Assembly (NCBI GenBank): GCA_963756045.1
Contig: CAVWML010000013.1
Coordinates: forward strand, 335 to 64,334
Reading direction: 5' to 3'
Origin: an uncultured Actinomycetota bacterium
GTDB lineage: Bacteria > Actinomycetota > Actinomycetes > Propionibacteriales > Nocardioidaceae
Length of the DNA stretch: 64,000 bases
Part shown: piece by piece, positions 29,507 to 40,339 of the stretch
How positions within the stretch are numbered: position 1 is the stretch's first letter
Layout of the letters: the number at the start of each line of letters is the position of its first letter
Position numbers and translations under genes: made by a program
The notes under the pieces: model-generated
Told to the model about the DNA's origin: nothing
Database searches by the model: none
The model's input: the letters and a program-made list of their open reading frames with translations, nothing else

Positions 29507-29807
29507 TCAGCTCGGAAGAGGCGCCGGCGTGGACCGCGTGCATCTCGATGGGGGCGCGGTCGGAGGCGGCGGGGCGGGCCTCGGGGCCGGAGCCGGTCAT
29601 CTGGGGCATGCGTACGCCGGCGATGGCCTCGGGGCGGAACACGCAGACGTCGCCGGTCGACTCGAGGAAGGCCACCCCGTGGCCGTCGTTGTTGATCACC
29701 CGGCCGGCGATCCACTCCCCGCTCACGCTGATGGAGACGAGCAGGCCCTCGGTCTGCGCACGGTCGAGCGCAGCACCCACCGTGAGCATCATCGACGAAC
29801 CGAACAT
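29507..29807 (-). CDS. Small hypothetical protein with Sm/Hfq-like pattern (true stop probably hidden by an indel)
   Basis: CAGGAGGG RBS + ATG; MFGSSMMLTVGAALDRAQTEGLLVSISVSGEWIAGRVINNDGHGVAFLESTGDVCVFRPEAIAGVRMP; frame runs antisense into deoD, out-of-frame TGA at 29507-29509. Confidence 0.65.
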
Positions 29808-29872
29808 CGGACCCCTCCTGTTTCCCGAGCAGACTGCCTCTATTGTCGGGATTGAACGGGTTTCTGTACGCG

Positions 29873-32800
29873 CTAATCCGGGATTCGTCCGATCAGCGCC
29901 TCGAGCCCCGCGCGATCCGGCAGGCCCGCGGGCTCGACGGTCTCGCCGGTGCGCACGTAGTGGAACGCGGCCCGCACCCGCTCCAGCGGGGTGCCGGTGA
30001 GCTCGGCCCAGGCCACCCGGTAGATCGCGAGCTGGAGCGGGTCGGCGGTCTGCTCCCGGTTGGTCTTCCAGTCGACGAGCAGGTAGCCACCGTCGGGCCC
30101 GGCCTCGTCATCGGCGTACACCGCGTCGATGCGTCCGCGCACGACCTGGCCGGCCAGCACCAGCGCGAACGGCGGCTCGACCGCCACCGGCACCCGCTCG
30201 CCGAACGGGCCCTCCTCGAAGCGGGCGATCAGCTCGCGCAGGTCGTCCTCGTCGTCGATGCCGAGGTCGGCGCGGCCGGGCAGGTCGTCGGGGTCGAGCA
30301 GCGCCTGCTGGCCGAACCGCGCCTCGACCCAGGCGTGGAAGCGGGTGCCGAAGCGGGCCGCCGGCGACGGAGGCCGCGGCATCGGGCGGGCCAGGTCGGC
30401 GGCGAAGCCGCTCGGGGTCGTCGCGCAGCCGCGCCAGCTGGGTGGCCGAGAGGCTGGTCGGGCAGCGGGACGCGCACGACGTCGCCGCGCTCGGCCCGCG
30501 CCTCGGTCAGCAGCCGCTCGAGCTCGTCGTCCCACTCCTGCACCCGGCTGGCGTCGACGAGGTCGAGCTCCTCGGTCGGCTGGTCGGGCTCGGCCGGCCA
30601 TCGCGGCCCGGACGAGGTCGGCCGCGACGAGCCGGCGCTCGTGCTCCGCGGTGCGCTCGGTCACCGGCCAGGGCACCGACGGGCACGTCCTCGTGGAGCG
30701 GGTTGGGGGTGCCGTCCTCCGGCACGGCCGGCCAGTCGTCGAGCGGCCAGCCGCGCTGCTCGATCACCTCGCGGACCGTGCGCTGGTACGGCGAGGGCGC
30801 CAGCGGCTTCTGCCGGGTGGGGCTCCACTGGTAGGAGGAGACCCACAGCTCGTGCTTGGCGCGGGTGAAGGCGACGTAGCCCAGCCGACGCTCCTCGACC
30901 GCCTGGTGCTCCTTGGCCTCCGCGGTCAGCGCCAGCGATCGCCGGCTTGTCGTAGCCGCGGAGCTGGGGCACGTCGGCGTGGTCGCCGCGCAGCGGCGCC
31001 GGCAGCACCTTGCCGGAGGTGGTCCACTGCGAGCGGGCCCTGTTGACCGGGAACTTCTCCTCGCACACCCCGACCAGGAAGACCGAGGACCACTCGAGGC
31101 CCTTGGCGCGGTGCACCGTGAGCAGCTTGACCGAGTCGGACTCCGAGGGCGTCGCCTGGTCGAGACCGCCGCCGAGCTCGTCCTCGGCCTCGAGCCAGGC
31201 GAGCAGCGAGGGCAGCGTCACCTGGCCGTCGACGGCCTGGAACTCGGCGACCGCCTTCACGAAGAGGTCGAGGTTGTCGCGCCGGGCCGCGGCCGCGGGC
31301 GAGATGGACGAGGCCAGCTCGACGTCGATGCCGGTGGTGTCGACGATCCGGCGGACGAGGTCGAGCAGGGGCTCCCCCGTGTGGGAGCGCAGCATCCGCA
31401 GCTCGCCGGCCAGCAGCCCGAACCGGACCAGCGCCTCGCTGCGCTGTAGGGCAGGTCGCCCGGATCGGTCAGGGCGTCGCTGAGGGAGACCACCTCGGTC
31501 GGGTCGGCTCCCTCGACCGCCCGCTGCAGCTCCTCGGAGACGGTGAGCCCGTCGACGTGGGTGACCACGCCGGCCAGCGCTCGCGCCCGGCGGCCCAGCA
31601 GGGCCAGGTCGCGCGGACCGATCGCCCAGCGCGGGCCGGTGAGCAGGTTGAGCAGGTCGGCGTTGGCGGTCAGGTCCTGGAGCAGCGCGAGCGTGGAGAC
31701 GACCTCGGAGACCTCGGGCAGCCGCATCAGCCCCTTGAGGCCGACGATCTCGACCGGGATCTCCCGCGAGGTCAGGGCGTCGAAGACGTCGGCCGCGTGG
31801 CTGTTGTCGCGCGTGAGGACCCCGATCTCGCTCCACCTCGGCTCCGCCATCGCGGCGTGGGAGGCGCTGACCTGGCCCGCCAGCCAGACCAGCTCGTCGG
31901 CGTACGTCGGGTGCACGAGTGCCCGGACCGAGCCCTCGCCGGCGTCCGGGCGGGCCTCGATGGGGCGGACCGAGGGCGTCGCGGCGTACAGGTCGGCGGC
32001 CAGCGCGTTGGCCACCTCGACGATCCGGCGGTCGGAGCGCTGGCTCACCGTCAGCGAGTAGGGCTCCGGGGGTGAGGCCCGAGCCGACGGGCGGTGGGAA
32101 GGTGCCGGCGAAGTTGAGGATGTTGGAGACCGAGGCACCTCGCCAGCCGTAGATCGCCTGGTTGGGGTCGCCGACCGCGGTGACGGCGTGCCCGAGCCCG
32201 TCCTCCGGGGTGTCCCCGGAGAAGAGCTGGCCGAGCAGCTGGGCCTGGGCCACCGAGGTGTCCTGGTACTCGTCGAGGAGCACCACGGGGTACTTCTCGC
32301 GCTCGATCCGGCCGACCTCCGGCTGGGTGCGGGCCAGCTCGGCGGCGAGCGCGATCTGGTCGGAGAAGTCCATCAGCCCGAACTGCTGCTTGAACCGGCG
32401 GTAGCCCTCGACCAGGTCGAGGATCTCGGCGCGCTCGGTCATCTTGTCGAGGACCTTGGTGATCTCGGTCTTCGCCCGCGAGGTCTCCAGGGCGGCCTCG
32501 AAGCGCGGCCGCTCCTTCGCCTGCCAGGCGCGGACGTCGTCGACGCTGCGCAGGTGCTCGTTGAGCTCGCCGTCGAGGGCGAGGAGGTAGTCGATGGCGA
32601 ACTTCGGGTGCTCGCTGAGCACCTCCACCGCGCCGGTGTGCCGCTCGATGGCGCGGGCGGCCACCTGGTAGCGGGCGGCGTCGGCCATCACCCGCGTGTC
32701 GGGCTCGAAGCCGATCCGCAGGCCGTGCTCGGTGAGCAGGGCGGCGGCATAGGCGTTGTACGTCGAGACGACCGGCTCGACGCGCTCGGCGGCCTCACCG

Positions 32801-33111
32801 TCGTCGCCGACCACGCCCTGGTCGAGCCCGGACGCGGCCAGCGCGGCGCGGATCTTGGTCGACAGCTCGGCCGTCGCCTTGGTGGTGAAGGTCAGCCCGA
32901 GCACCTGGTCGGGGCGCACCTGCCCCGTCGCCACGAGGTAGACCACCCTCGCCGCCATCACCGAGGTCTTGCCCGCACCCGCGCCGGCGACGATCACGCC
33001 CGGCACCAGCGGCGCCCGGATCGCCTCCCACTGCGACGGGCTGAACTCGAAGGAGGCCTGCATCAGGCGCGCCAGGTCGGCGGGCGTCCGGAGGCGCTGC
33101 TCGGTGGACAC
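29873..33111 (-). CDS. adnB: AdnB helicase-nuclease subunit (frameshifted)
   Basis: AGAGAGKT, DEYQDT, YGWRGAS, HRAKGLEW, EERRL.YVAFTRA, C-terminal GRIDAVY..VDWKT..QLAIY. Confidence 0.88.
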
Positions 33112-33117
33112 GCGTCG

Positions 33118-36100
33118 TCACGACAGCACCGACCCGGACACGTGGGCGGGGCACAGCGGCTTGAAGTCGCAGCGGTCGCACAGGCGACGAGGGGTGCGCC
33201 GGGAAGTCCTCCTGCCGCAGCGCCTGCGCGGCCCGGGCGAGCTGACGCTCGACGGGGAGCCAGCCCTCGTCGTCGGGCACCTGGGGCCCCTGGACCTGCA
33301 CCTTGAGCTGGCCCTGGGTCTCCCTGCGCAGCTGCCAGAGCTCGGCCCCGCCGGCCTGCGCGCCGACCGGCGGCAACCCGTCGACGCCGTCGAGCGCGCC
33401 GTGGTCGACCGCGAGCTGGTAGAGCCCGAGCTGGGGGTTCTCGGCCAGCGACTTGTCGGTCGGGGGGTACTTCCCGGTCTTCAGGTCGACCACGACGACG
33501 CGGCCCTCGTCGTCGAGCTCGAGGCGGTCGGCGTAGCCGGCCAGCGCCACCCGCTCGCCGTCGGGCAGGGCCACCTCGGTGCGCAGCTCGGTCTCGGTGT
33601 CGAGCACCTCACGGGCCCCCGGGCGCTCGTGCCAGGCCAGCAGGCGCCCCAGGGCCTTGCGCACCTCCTCGCGCTCGCGTCCGCGCGACCACGGCGTGCG
33701 GAAGCCGAGCTGGTCCCACACCTCGTCGACCAGCACCATCAGCCCGTCGACGTCGACGGTCGTGCCCTCGAGGTCGCCCTTGGCCAGCCGGTCGGCGATC
33801 GCGTGCACGACGTTGCCGAAACCCTGGGCCTGGCTGGACTTGCGGGCGCCGCCCGCCTCGCGCTCCAGGAACCACTTGGTCGGGCACTCGAGCAGGCCGG
33901 CCAGCGCGCTCGCCGAGAGCTGCACCGGCCGGTCGGCCGGGCGCACCGGTGACGCGGAGACGCTCAGGTCGCGGGTGCCCCACCAGGAGCCCGGGTCGGC
34001 GGTCGGCACGAGGCTGCGCCCGTCGGCGCCGGTCTCCCCCGCCAGCCTCGCGAGCCGGTGCACGGCGGCCGAGCGGAGCGGCGGAGGCGAGTCGGGGTCG
34101 CCCGCGACGCGACGCAGCTCGGCCACCAGACCAGGCAGCGAGAGCGGCCGCGGAGGTCGCCCCTGCTCGCGGCGTACGTCGGCACCCAGCTCGTCGACGA
34201 AGCGGGATGGCTGCTCCCCCTCGTCGTCCGGCGAGCGCACGGCCGTGACGACGAGCCGCTCGCGGGCGCGGGTGCAGGCGACGTAGAAGAGCCGACGCTC
34301 CTCGGCCAGCAGCTCGCGTGTGGAGGTGTCGGGCTGGAGCACCGGCTCGGCGTAGCGAGCGGCGCCGATGCGGTCGGCCCGCAGCAACGTCGCGCGCCGT
34401 CGCAGGTCGGGCCAGGTCTCCTCCTGGACGTGGGCGACGACGACGAGCCGCCACTCCAGTCCCTTGGAGCGGTGGGCGGTCAGCAGCCGGACTGCCTCGC
34501 CACGCACCCCGCGGTCGGCCAGGGTGTCGGCCGGGATCTCCTGGGCGACCAGGGTGGCCAGGAAGCTGTGCACGCTCGTGTGGCCGCGCTGCTCCTCGGC
34601 CCGCGCCGCCGTCTCGAAGAGGGCGCCCACCGCGTCGAGGTCGCGGTGCGCGAGCCGCGCCGCGGCACCTCCGCGCTCGACGGACCGGCGCAGGCGCTCG
34701 GGCCAGGACGTGCCCGACCACAGGGCCCACAGCACCTCCTCGACGGTGCCACCGCCCTCGAGCAGGTCGCCGGCGCGGGCCAGCAGCCGCGCGAAGGCGG
34801 CCACCCGACGAGCGGGACCCGGATCGGCCGCACGCTCGCCCGGCGCGGACTCGCCACCGCCGAGCACGGCCTCGAGCAGCAGCTCGGGCGAGGGCCGGGG
34901 CGAGCGGTCCTCGGCCGAGGCCCGCTGCCGATCGGCCTCGCGCAGCGAGCGCGACAGCGCGCGGACGTCGGTGGCGTCGAGACCGACCAGCGGGGAGAGC
35001 AGCATCCCCTCGGCGGTGACCGGGTCGGGCCGATCGGGGTCGGCCGGGTCGTCGCTGGCCAGGCTGACCACCGCGCGGAGCGCCGCGAGCAGGGGCCGCA
35101 CCGCGGGCTCCTGCACCAGGGGCGTCTCGTCGCTGGCGACCTCGACGGGCACCCCCGCCCCGGCCAGCCCGCGCCGCAGGGCCGGGATCGAGGTGCGCCC
35201 CGAGCGCACCAGGACGGCCATGTCCGACCAGCCCACGTCGTCCTCGAGGTGGGCGCGGCGCAGCAGGTCGGCGATCCGCTCGACCTCCGCGCGCTCGGTG
35301 TCGTAGGTGACGACCTCGACCCGGTCGGTGTCGCCGCGCTGCTCGGCCTCCGGGGCGAGGAACTGGTCGCGGGCCTCGTCGTCGATGCTGCCGGTCAGCG
35401 GGAGCCGGTGCGCGACCCGCTGGCTGGCGGCGAGCACCCGGGGGCCGAAGCGGCGTACCCGGGAGAGGGCGACCACGTCGGCGCGGGCGCCGCCGGCGGT
35501 GCGGAACTGGTCGGGGAAGTCGAGGATGCCGCGCACCTCGGCGCCCCGGAAGGCGTAGATCGACTGGTGCGGGTCACCCACGGCGGTCAGGTCGGCACCG
35601 CCGCCGGCGAGGGCCTGGAGCAGCCGGACCTGGCCCGGGTCGGTGTCCTGGTACTCGTCGACGAAGACGTGCTGGAAGCGCGAGCGCAGCTCGTCGCGGT
35701 GCAGCTCGGCCTCGATGACGGCCCGCCTGATCAGGTCGGCGTAGTCGGTGGCGCCCTGGGCGTCGAGGTTCTGGAGGTACTGCTCGAGGAACCAGCCGGC
35801 GGCGACGAACTCCGGGAGGTCGTGCTCGCGGCCCAGCTGCTGCAGCGCCTCCCCGTCGAGCCCCTTCTCCCGGGCGCGGCCGAGGACGGCGGCGACCTCG
35901 TGGGCGAACCCGCGCGTCTGGGAGGCGCGTCGCAACGACTCGGGCCAGGCCATCGACTCGGGGGTCTCGGCGAGCAGCTCGCGGAGCACGACGTCCTGCT
36001 CCGGGGCGGACAGCAGCCGCAACGGGCCGGCGTACAGGTCGGGCGGGCTGAACCGGCGCACCAGGCCGTAGGCGAAGGAGTGGAAGGTCGCGCACATCGT

Positions 36101-36406
36101 GGACGACGTGGTGCGCCCGAGCCGCGCGGTGACCCGGTCGCGCAGCTGCTCGGCGGCCTTGCGGCTGAAGGTCAGCGCCAGCACCGACTCGGGGTCGGCG
36201 CCGCGCTCCTCGATGCGCTCGACGATGGCCTCGACCAGGGTGGTGGTCTTGCCGGTGCCGGGGCCGGCCAGCACCAGCAGCGGCCCGCCCGGGTGGTCGA
36301 CCACCCGCTGCTGGGCAGCGTCGAGCACCGGCCGGTCCACGGCCCGGACGGCGCGCACCAGCTCGTGGCGCACGCCCGGCGGGCGGAGCGGTGGAGCGGT
36401 TGTCAC
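33118..36406 (-). CDS. adnA: AdnA helicase-nuclease subunit
   Basis: GPGTGKT, DEYQD, HRSKGLEW, EERRLFYVA.TRA, ECP..W, ADRLE..VDLKT, C-terminal CDRCDFKPLC (shifted frame). Confidence 0.88.
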
Positions 36407-36412
36407 CGCACC

Positions 36413-36434
36413 ACCCAAACACCTCCGACCGACA
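36413..36434 (-). promoter_or_regulatory. Possible PafBC (RecA-NDp) DNA-damage promoter of adnAB
   Basis: Minus strand TGTCGG-TCGGAGGTGT-TTGGGT versus consensus TGTCGG-N10-TANNNT. Confidence 0.5.
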
Positions 36435-36509
36435 CCTGGCATGGCTGGGTCGCGCGTGTCCCGGAGGACCGCGCGGCACCTGGTCTTCGGTTGTGCGAGC
36501 GGCTCGCGC

Positions 36510-36803
36510 TCAGGGCTGCCAGTAGGCCTCCCTGAGGTCCACCTTCCCCGACGAGCGCAGCGGCGTGCCCTCGCCGAGGTGGTGCTGGTGCGCCTCGTCC
36601 GCGTTGCTCGGTGGCAACGAACCGTCGGCCCGTACGACGCGCCACCAGGGCACGCCACCGCCGTGCAGCGCCATCACCTGGCCCACCTGACGGGGTCCTC
36701 CGACCCCCAGGTAGCCCGCGATGGCGCCGTACGTGGTCACCCGTCCGGGTGGCACCCGCTCGACGATCGCCAAGACGCGCTCGACGTACTCCTCCCTGTC
36801 CAT
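36510..36803 (-). CDS. Alkyltransferase-like (ATL/MGMT family) protein
   Basis: VPPGRVTTYG.IA, PRQVG, PWWRVV (Trp in place of the catalytic Cys of PCHRV). Confidence 0.88.
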   Translation of the reverse strand: MDREEYVERVLAIVERVPPGRVTTYGAIAGYLGVGGPRQVGQVMALHGGGVPWWRVVRADGSLPPSNADEAHQHHLGEGTPLRSSGKVDLREAYWQP

Positions 36804-36850
36804 GGCTCCCCCACGGCCCTGTACCCCCTGACCGTGCCCAATGGGCTGGG

Positions 36851-36992
36851 CTCGGCGGCCCGTCACACGGTGGCAAGCCGTGCACCGGGGCGCCCAAGAA
36901 CCCCTCGTCCGCCATGTTGCGAGAGCTGCTCGGGTACCGGTACCCCCACCGGTGCCCGACGTCGTCTTTACGAGACGACCACTCCCACAACA
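36851..36992 (-). ncRNA. Candidate structured RNA (three-way junction + long hairpin)
   Basis: TGTTGTGGGAG/CTCTCGCAACA closing stem enclosing GTCGTCT-CGTAA-AGACGAC and TCGGGCACCGGT-GGGGGT-ACCGGTACCCGA. Confidence 0.4.
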
Positions 36993-37026
36993 GGAGGAAG
37001 TGCTTGGAACACGGACAAATACTGGC

Positions 37027-37064
37027 ACGGCGCTCCCGCCCCCGGGAAGGGGCGAGAGCGCCGT
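37027..37064. terminator. GC-rich hairpin, probable terminator
   Basis: ACGGCGCTC..CGCCCC-CGGGAA-GGGGCG..GAGCGCCGT. Confidence 0.55.
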
Positions 37065-37123
37065 AGTTCAGGGCTGGTGCGGACCGAGGAGGAACCGGAC
37101 CGATCAGCGACCCGGTCTCCTGG

Positions 37124-37991
37124 TCAGAGGATCGGGTTGAACGGCTCCGTGCCGTTGACCAGCTGGAGGCCGCCGATGCCGGAGTTGGCCTGGGCCCAGG
37201 CGAGCTCCTTGGCGAGGTCGCCGATGTTGTTCGACGCCGGCAGCGGGGCGAGGCCCAGGGTGGAGAGCACGCCGATCGCCTTGCCGCCCGCGGTCATGAA
37301 CCCGGAGCCGGAGTCACCCGGGATGCCCGGGGACGACGGTGTAGAGCGGGTGGCTCCAGCCGCCGTCGGCCGAGTCGTCGCCGAGGCTGATCCCGGTGTG
37401 CGGGGACAGCGGGGTCAGACCGGCCCGCAGGCTGGAGTTGCCGTAGGTCCAGACCCGGTCGCCGGCGGCGGTGCCGTTGGTGTCGAGGCCGGTCGGGCCG
37501 CCCCAGAACGGGACCGAGGGGTTGACCTTCGAGACGTCGGCCGCGTCGACCTTGACCAGGGCCAGGTCGTTGTAGGCGCAGGTGTTGGCGTCGGTGGTGC
37601 CGAGCTGGTGCTCGGTGATCCAGGAGCTGTAGGCGAGCGTGCCGTGGCCCACGATGGTGCCCTCGCTGGCGAGGTTGCCGTCGTTGGTGAAGTCGACCTT
37701 CGTGCCCAGCGGCACCGAGGCGGTCTGGCAGCCGTTGGTGTCGGTCGAGGAGCCGGTGCCGGCGCAGTGGGCGGCGTACCCGACGTAGACGTTGCCGGCG
37801 CCGTCGGTGTAGACGAAGTTCGCGGTGCACTGGGCACCAGCGGTGTACATCATCGTGCCGGGGTGGATCAGGGCCGAGGAGGCCGGGGCCCACGTGGGGG
37901 CCGCGTTCGCCGCGCCGGTCGACGCGGAGAGTCCGGCCACCGCGAGCAGCGTCGCTGCCGCCGTGGCGAGGAGGGTGTGTCGTACGCGCAT
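37124..37991 (-). CDS. Secreted chymotrypsin-like (S1) serine protease (frameshift near 37335)
   Basis: Signal peptide ending ANA, CTANF, YAAHC, DLALV, PGDSGSG triad. Confidence 0.85.
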
Positions 37992-38077
37992 GGGGGCGCC
38001 TTTCCGAGGACGGGTGAGCAACGAGTGGGCTCTGCCACGTCCAACGAACCCCGCCCGAGCGGGTTACGCGTCCCTGC

Positions 38078-39277
38078 TCAGTACGACGGCTGGCTGGGGT
38101 CGATCTGGTTGACCCAGGCGACTACCCCGCCGCCGACGTGCACCGCGTCGGAGTAGCCGGCACCCTTGAGCACGGCCAGCGCCTCGGCCGAGCGCACACC
38201 GGTCTTGCAGTGCAGCACGACCTGCTTGTCGTTCGACAGCTGCTCGAAGACGTTGCCGTTGAGGAACTCGCCCTTGGGGATGAGCACCGAGCCGGGGATC
38301 TTGTTGATCTCGTACTCGTTGGGCTCGCGCACGTCGACCAGCGTGAAGTCGCGGGCGCCCTCGTCGCGCTCCTTGAGCATGTGCTCGAGCTCGGTCACCG
38401 AGATCGTCGAGCCGGCGGCGGCCTCGGAGGCCTCCTCGGAGACGGCCCCGCAGAAGGTCTCGTAGTCGATCAGCTCGGTGACGGTCGCGTTCTCGCCGCA
38501 CAGCGCGCAGTTCGGGTCCTTGCGCACCCGCAGCTTGCGCCACTCGAGCTCGAGGGCGTCGTAGATGACCAGCTTGCCGACGGCCGGATCGCCGATGCCG
38601 GTGAGCAGCTTGATCGCCTCGTTGACCTGGATCGAGCCGATCGACGCGCACAGCACGCCCAGCACGCCACCCTCGGCGCAGCTGGGGACCATGCCCGGCG
38701 GCGGCGGCTCGGGGTAGAGGCAGCGGTAGCAGGGGGCGTCGTCGACCAGCGTCGGTGCGAACACCGAGGCCTGGCCGTCGAAGCGGTAGATCGAGCCCCA
38801 CACGTAGGGGATGCCGAGGAAGTACGCCGCGTCGTTGACCATGTAGCGGGTCGCGAAGTTGTCGGTGCCGTCGACGATCAGGTCGTAGCCCCGGAAGACG
38901 TCCATGACGTTGTCGTTGTCGAGCCGCTCCTCGTGCAGGACGACCTCGACCAGCGGGTTGACCTCGGCGACCGACTCCTTGGCCGAGACCGCCTTGGGCT
39001 TGCCGATGTCGGACTGGCCGTGGATCACCTGGCGCTGGAGGTTGGACTCGTCGACCTCGTCGAACTCCGCGATGCCGATCGTGCCCACGCCCGCCGCCGC
39101 GAGGTAGAGCAGCGCCGGGCTGCCGAGACCGCCGGCGCCGATGACCAGCACCTTGGCGTTCTTGAGGCGCTTCTGCCCGCTCATGCCGACGTCGGGGATG
39201 ATCAGGTGGCGGCTGTAGCGGCGTACCTCGTCGATGGTCAGCTCGTCAGCGGGCTCCACCAAGGGGGGCAGGGACAC
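38078..39277 (-). CDS. moeZ: Adenylyltransferase/sulfurtransferase MoeZ (ThiF + rhodanese)
   Basis: RYSRHLIIP, GAGGLG, SNLQRQ, DNF.TRY, CYRC, SCAEGGV, DVRE..E, HCKTGVRS. Confidence 0.93.
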   Translation of the reverse strand: MSLPPLVEPADELTIDEVRRYSRHLIIPDVGMSGQKRLKNAKVLVIGAGGLGSPALLYLAAAGVGTIGIAEFDEVDESNLQRQVIHGQSDIGKPKAVSAKESVAEVNPLVEVVLHEERLDNDNVMDVFRGYDLIVDGTDNFATRYMVNDAAYFLGIPYVWGSIYRFDGQASVFAPTLVDDAPCYRCLYPEPPPPGMVPSCAEGGVLGVLCASIGSIQVNEAIKLLTGIGDPAVGKLVIYDALELEWRKLRVRKDPNCALCGENATVTELIDYETFCGAVSEEASEAAAGSTISVTELEHMLKERDEGARDFTLVDVREPNEYEINKIPGSVLIPKGEFLNGNVFEQLSNDKQVVLHCKTGVRSAEALAVLKGAGYSDAVHVGGGVVAWVNQIDPSQPSY

Positions 39278-39340
39278 GGCACGGACTCCTTGTGCATCGG
39301 GTGATCGGCGGAACGGGTTGCGACGTCTCGTCGCGATTCT

Positions 39341-39368
39341 CAACACGCGACAACAGCCCCCGTGTTCC
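39341..39368 (-). promoter_or_regulatory. SigR/SigH-type promoter of moeZ
   Basis: Minus strand GGAAC-19nt-GTTG. Confidence 0.55.
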
Positions 39369-39419
39369 CTGCCCGGCATGCGGACAGGACGCCGTAGCGC
39401 TCCTTGTAGGCTGCGCACC

Positions 39420-40076
39420 GTGTCAACCGTCGAGGACCACTCGGGCGGCCACGGTCGAGGCGTGCGGCTGCCGCGGCGGGCCCGTCGTGCCCAGCTGCTG
39501 AGTGCGGCGCTCGAGGTCTTCGTCGCCCAGGGCTACCACGCCGCCGCGATGGACGACATCGCCGAGCGCGCCGGCGTCTCCAAGCCGGTGCTGTACCAGC
39601 ACTTCCCCGGCAAGCTGGAGCTCTACCTCGCGCTGCTCGACCAGTCGTGCGACCAGATCATCGGCAGCGCCGCGAAAGCGCTGGAGTCGACCGAGGACAA
39701 CCACCAGCGCGTCACCGCGACGATGCACGCCTTCTACGAGTACGTCGCCGACGCCGAGGGCGCCTTCCGGCTGGTCTTCGAGTCCGACCTCACCAACGAG
39801 CCGGCCGTCCGTGCCCGCGTCGACCGGGTCACCACCGAGTGCGCCAAGCTGATCGCCCACGTGATCGCCGACGACACCGGGCTGCCCGCCGAGCAGTCGC
39901 AGCTCCTGGCTGTCTCGCTCGTCGGCATGGGCCAGGTCAGCGCCCGCTTCTGGCTCAGCCGCCGTGCGGCCCAGGGCGAGGGCGCCGACGGTCTCGACCA
40001 GGACGCCGCCGCCAGCCTGGTCGCGGGGCTGGCCTGGCGTGGCATCGGCGGGTACCCCCGCACCGACGACCGCTGA
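39420..40076 (+). CDS. TetR/AcrR regulator (Rv3208-like)
   Basis: RLPR.ARR.QLL, GYHAAAMDDIAERAGVSKPVLYQHFPGK, FRLVFESDL, LAWRGI. Confidence 0.92.
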   Translation: MSTVEDHSGGHGRGVRLPRRARRAQLLSAALEVFVAQGYHAAAMDDIAERAGVSKPVLYQHFPGKLELYLALLDQSCDQIIGSAAKALESTEDNHQRVTATMHAFYEYVADAEGAFRLVFESDLTNEPAVRARVDRVTTECAKLIAHVIADDTGLPAEQSQLLAVSLVGMGQVSARFWLSRRAAQGEGADGLDQDAAASLVAGLAWRGIGGYPRTDDR

Positions 40077-40112
40077 GCACCGCCGCTTCCCCCGTCTGGC
40101 AGAGTTCTCTGC

Positions 40113-40331
40113 ATGGAGGTCAAGATCGGCGTGCAGAACGCCTCGCGCGAGCTCAGCATCGACACGACCATGGAGGCCGACGACGTCGAGAAGGCTGTCG
40201 CCAAGGCGCTCGGTGGCGGGCTGCTGGTCCTGGCCGACAGCAAGGGCCGCCGCATCGTCGTCCCCGGTGAGAAGCTCGCCTACGTCGACATCACCACCAG
40301 CCTGACCGGGACGGTCGGCTTCCGCTCCTAG
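40113..40331 (+). CDS. DUF3107 family protein
   Basis: MEVKIGVQ...REL, L.D.KGRR..VP..KLAYV, VGF. Confidence 0.9.
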   Translation: MEVKIGVQNASRELSIDTTMEADDVEKAVAKALGGGLLVLADSKGRRIVVPGEKLAYVDITTSLTGTVGFRS

Positions 40332-40339
40332 CGGCTAGC

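Noticed and set aside
29873-36406. Novel helicase-nuclease defence system
   Set aside because: Matches the housekeeping AdnAB end-resection pair in its usual synteny.
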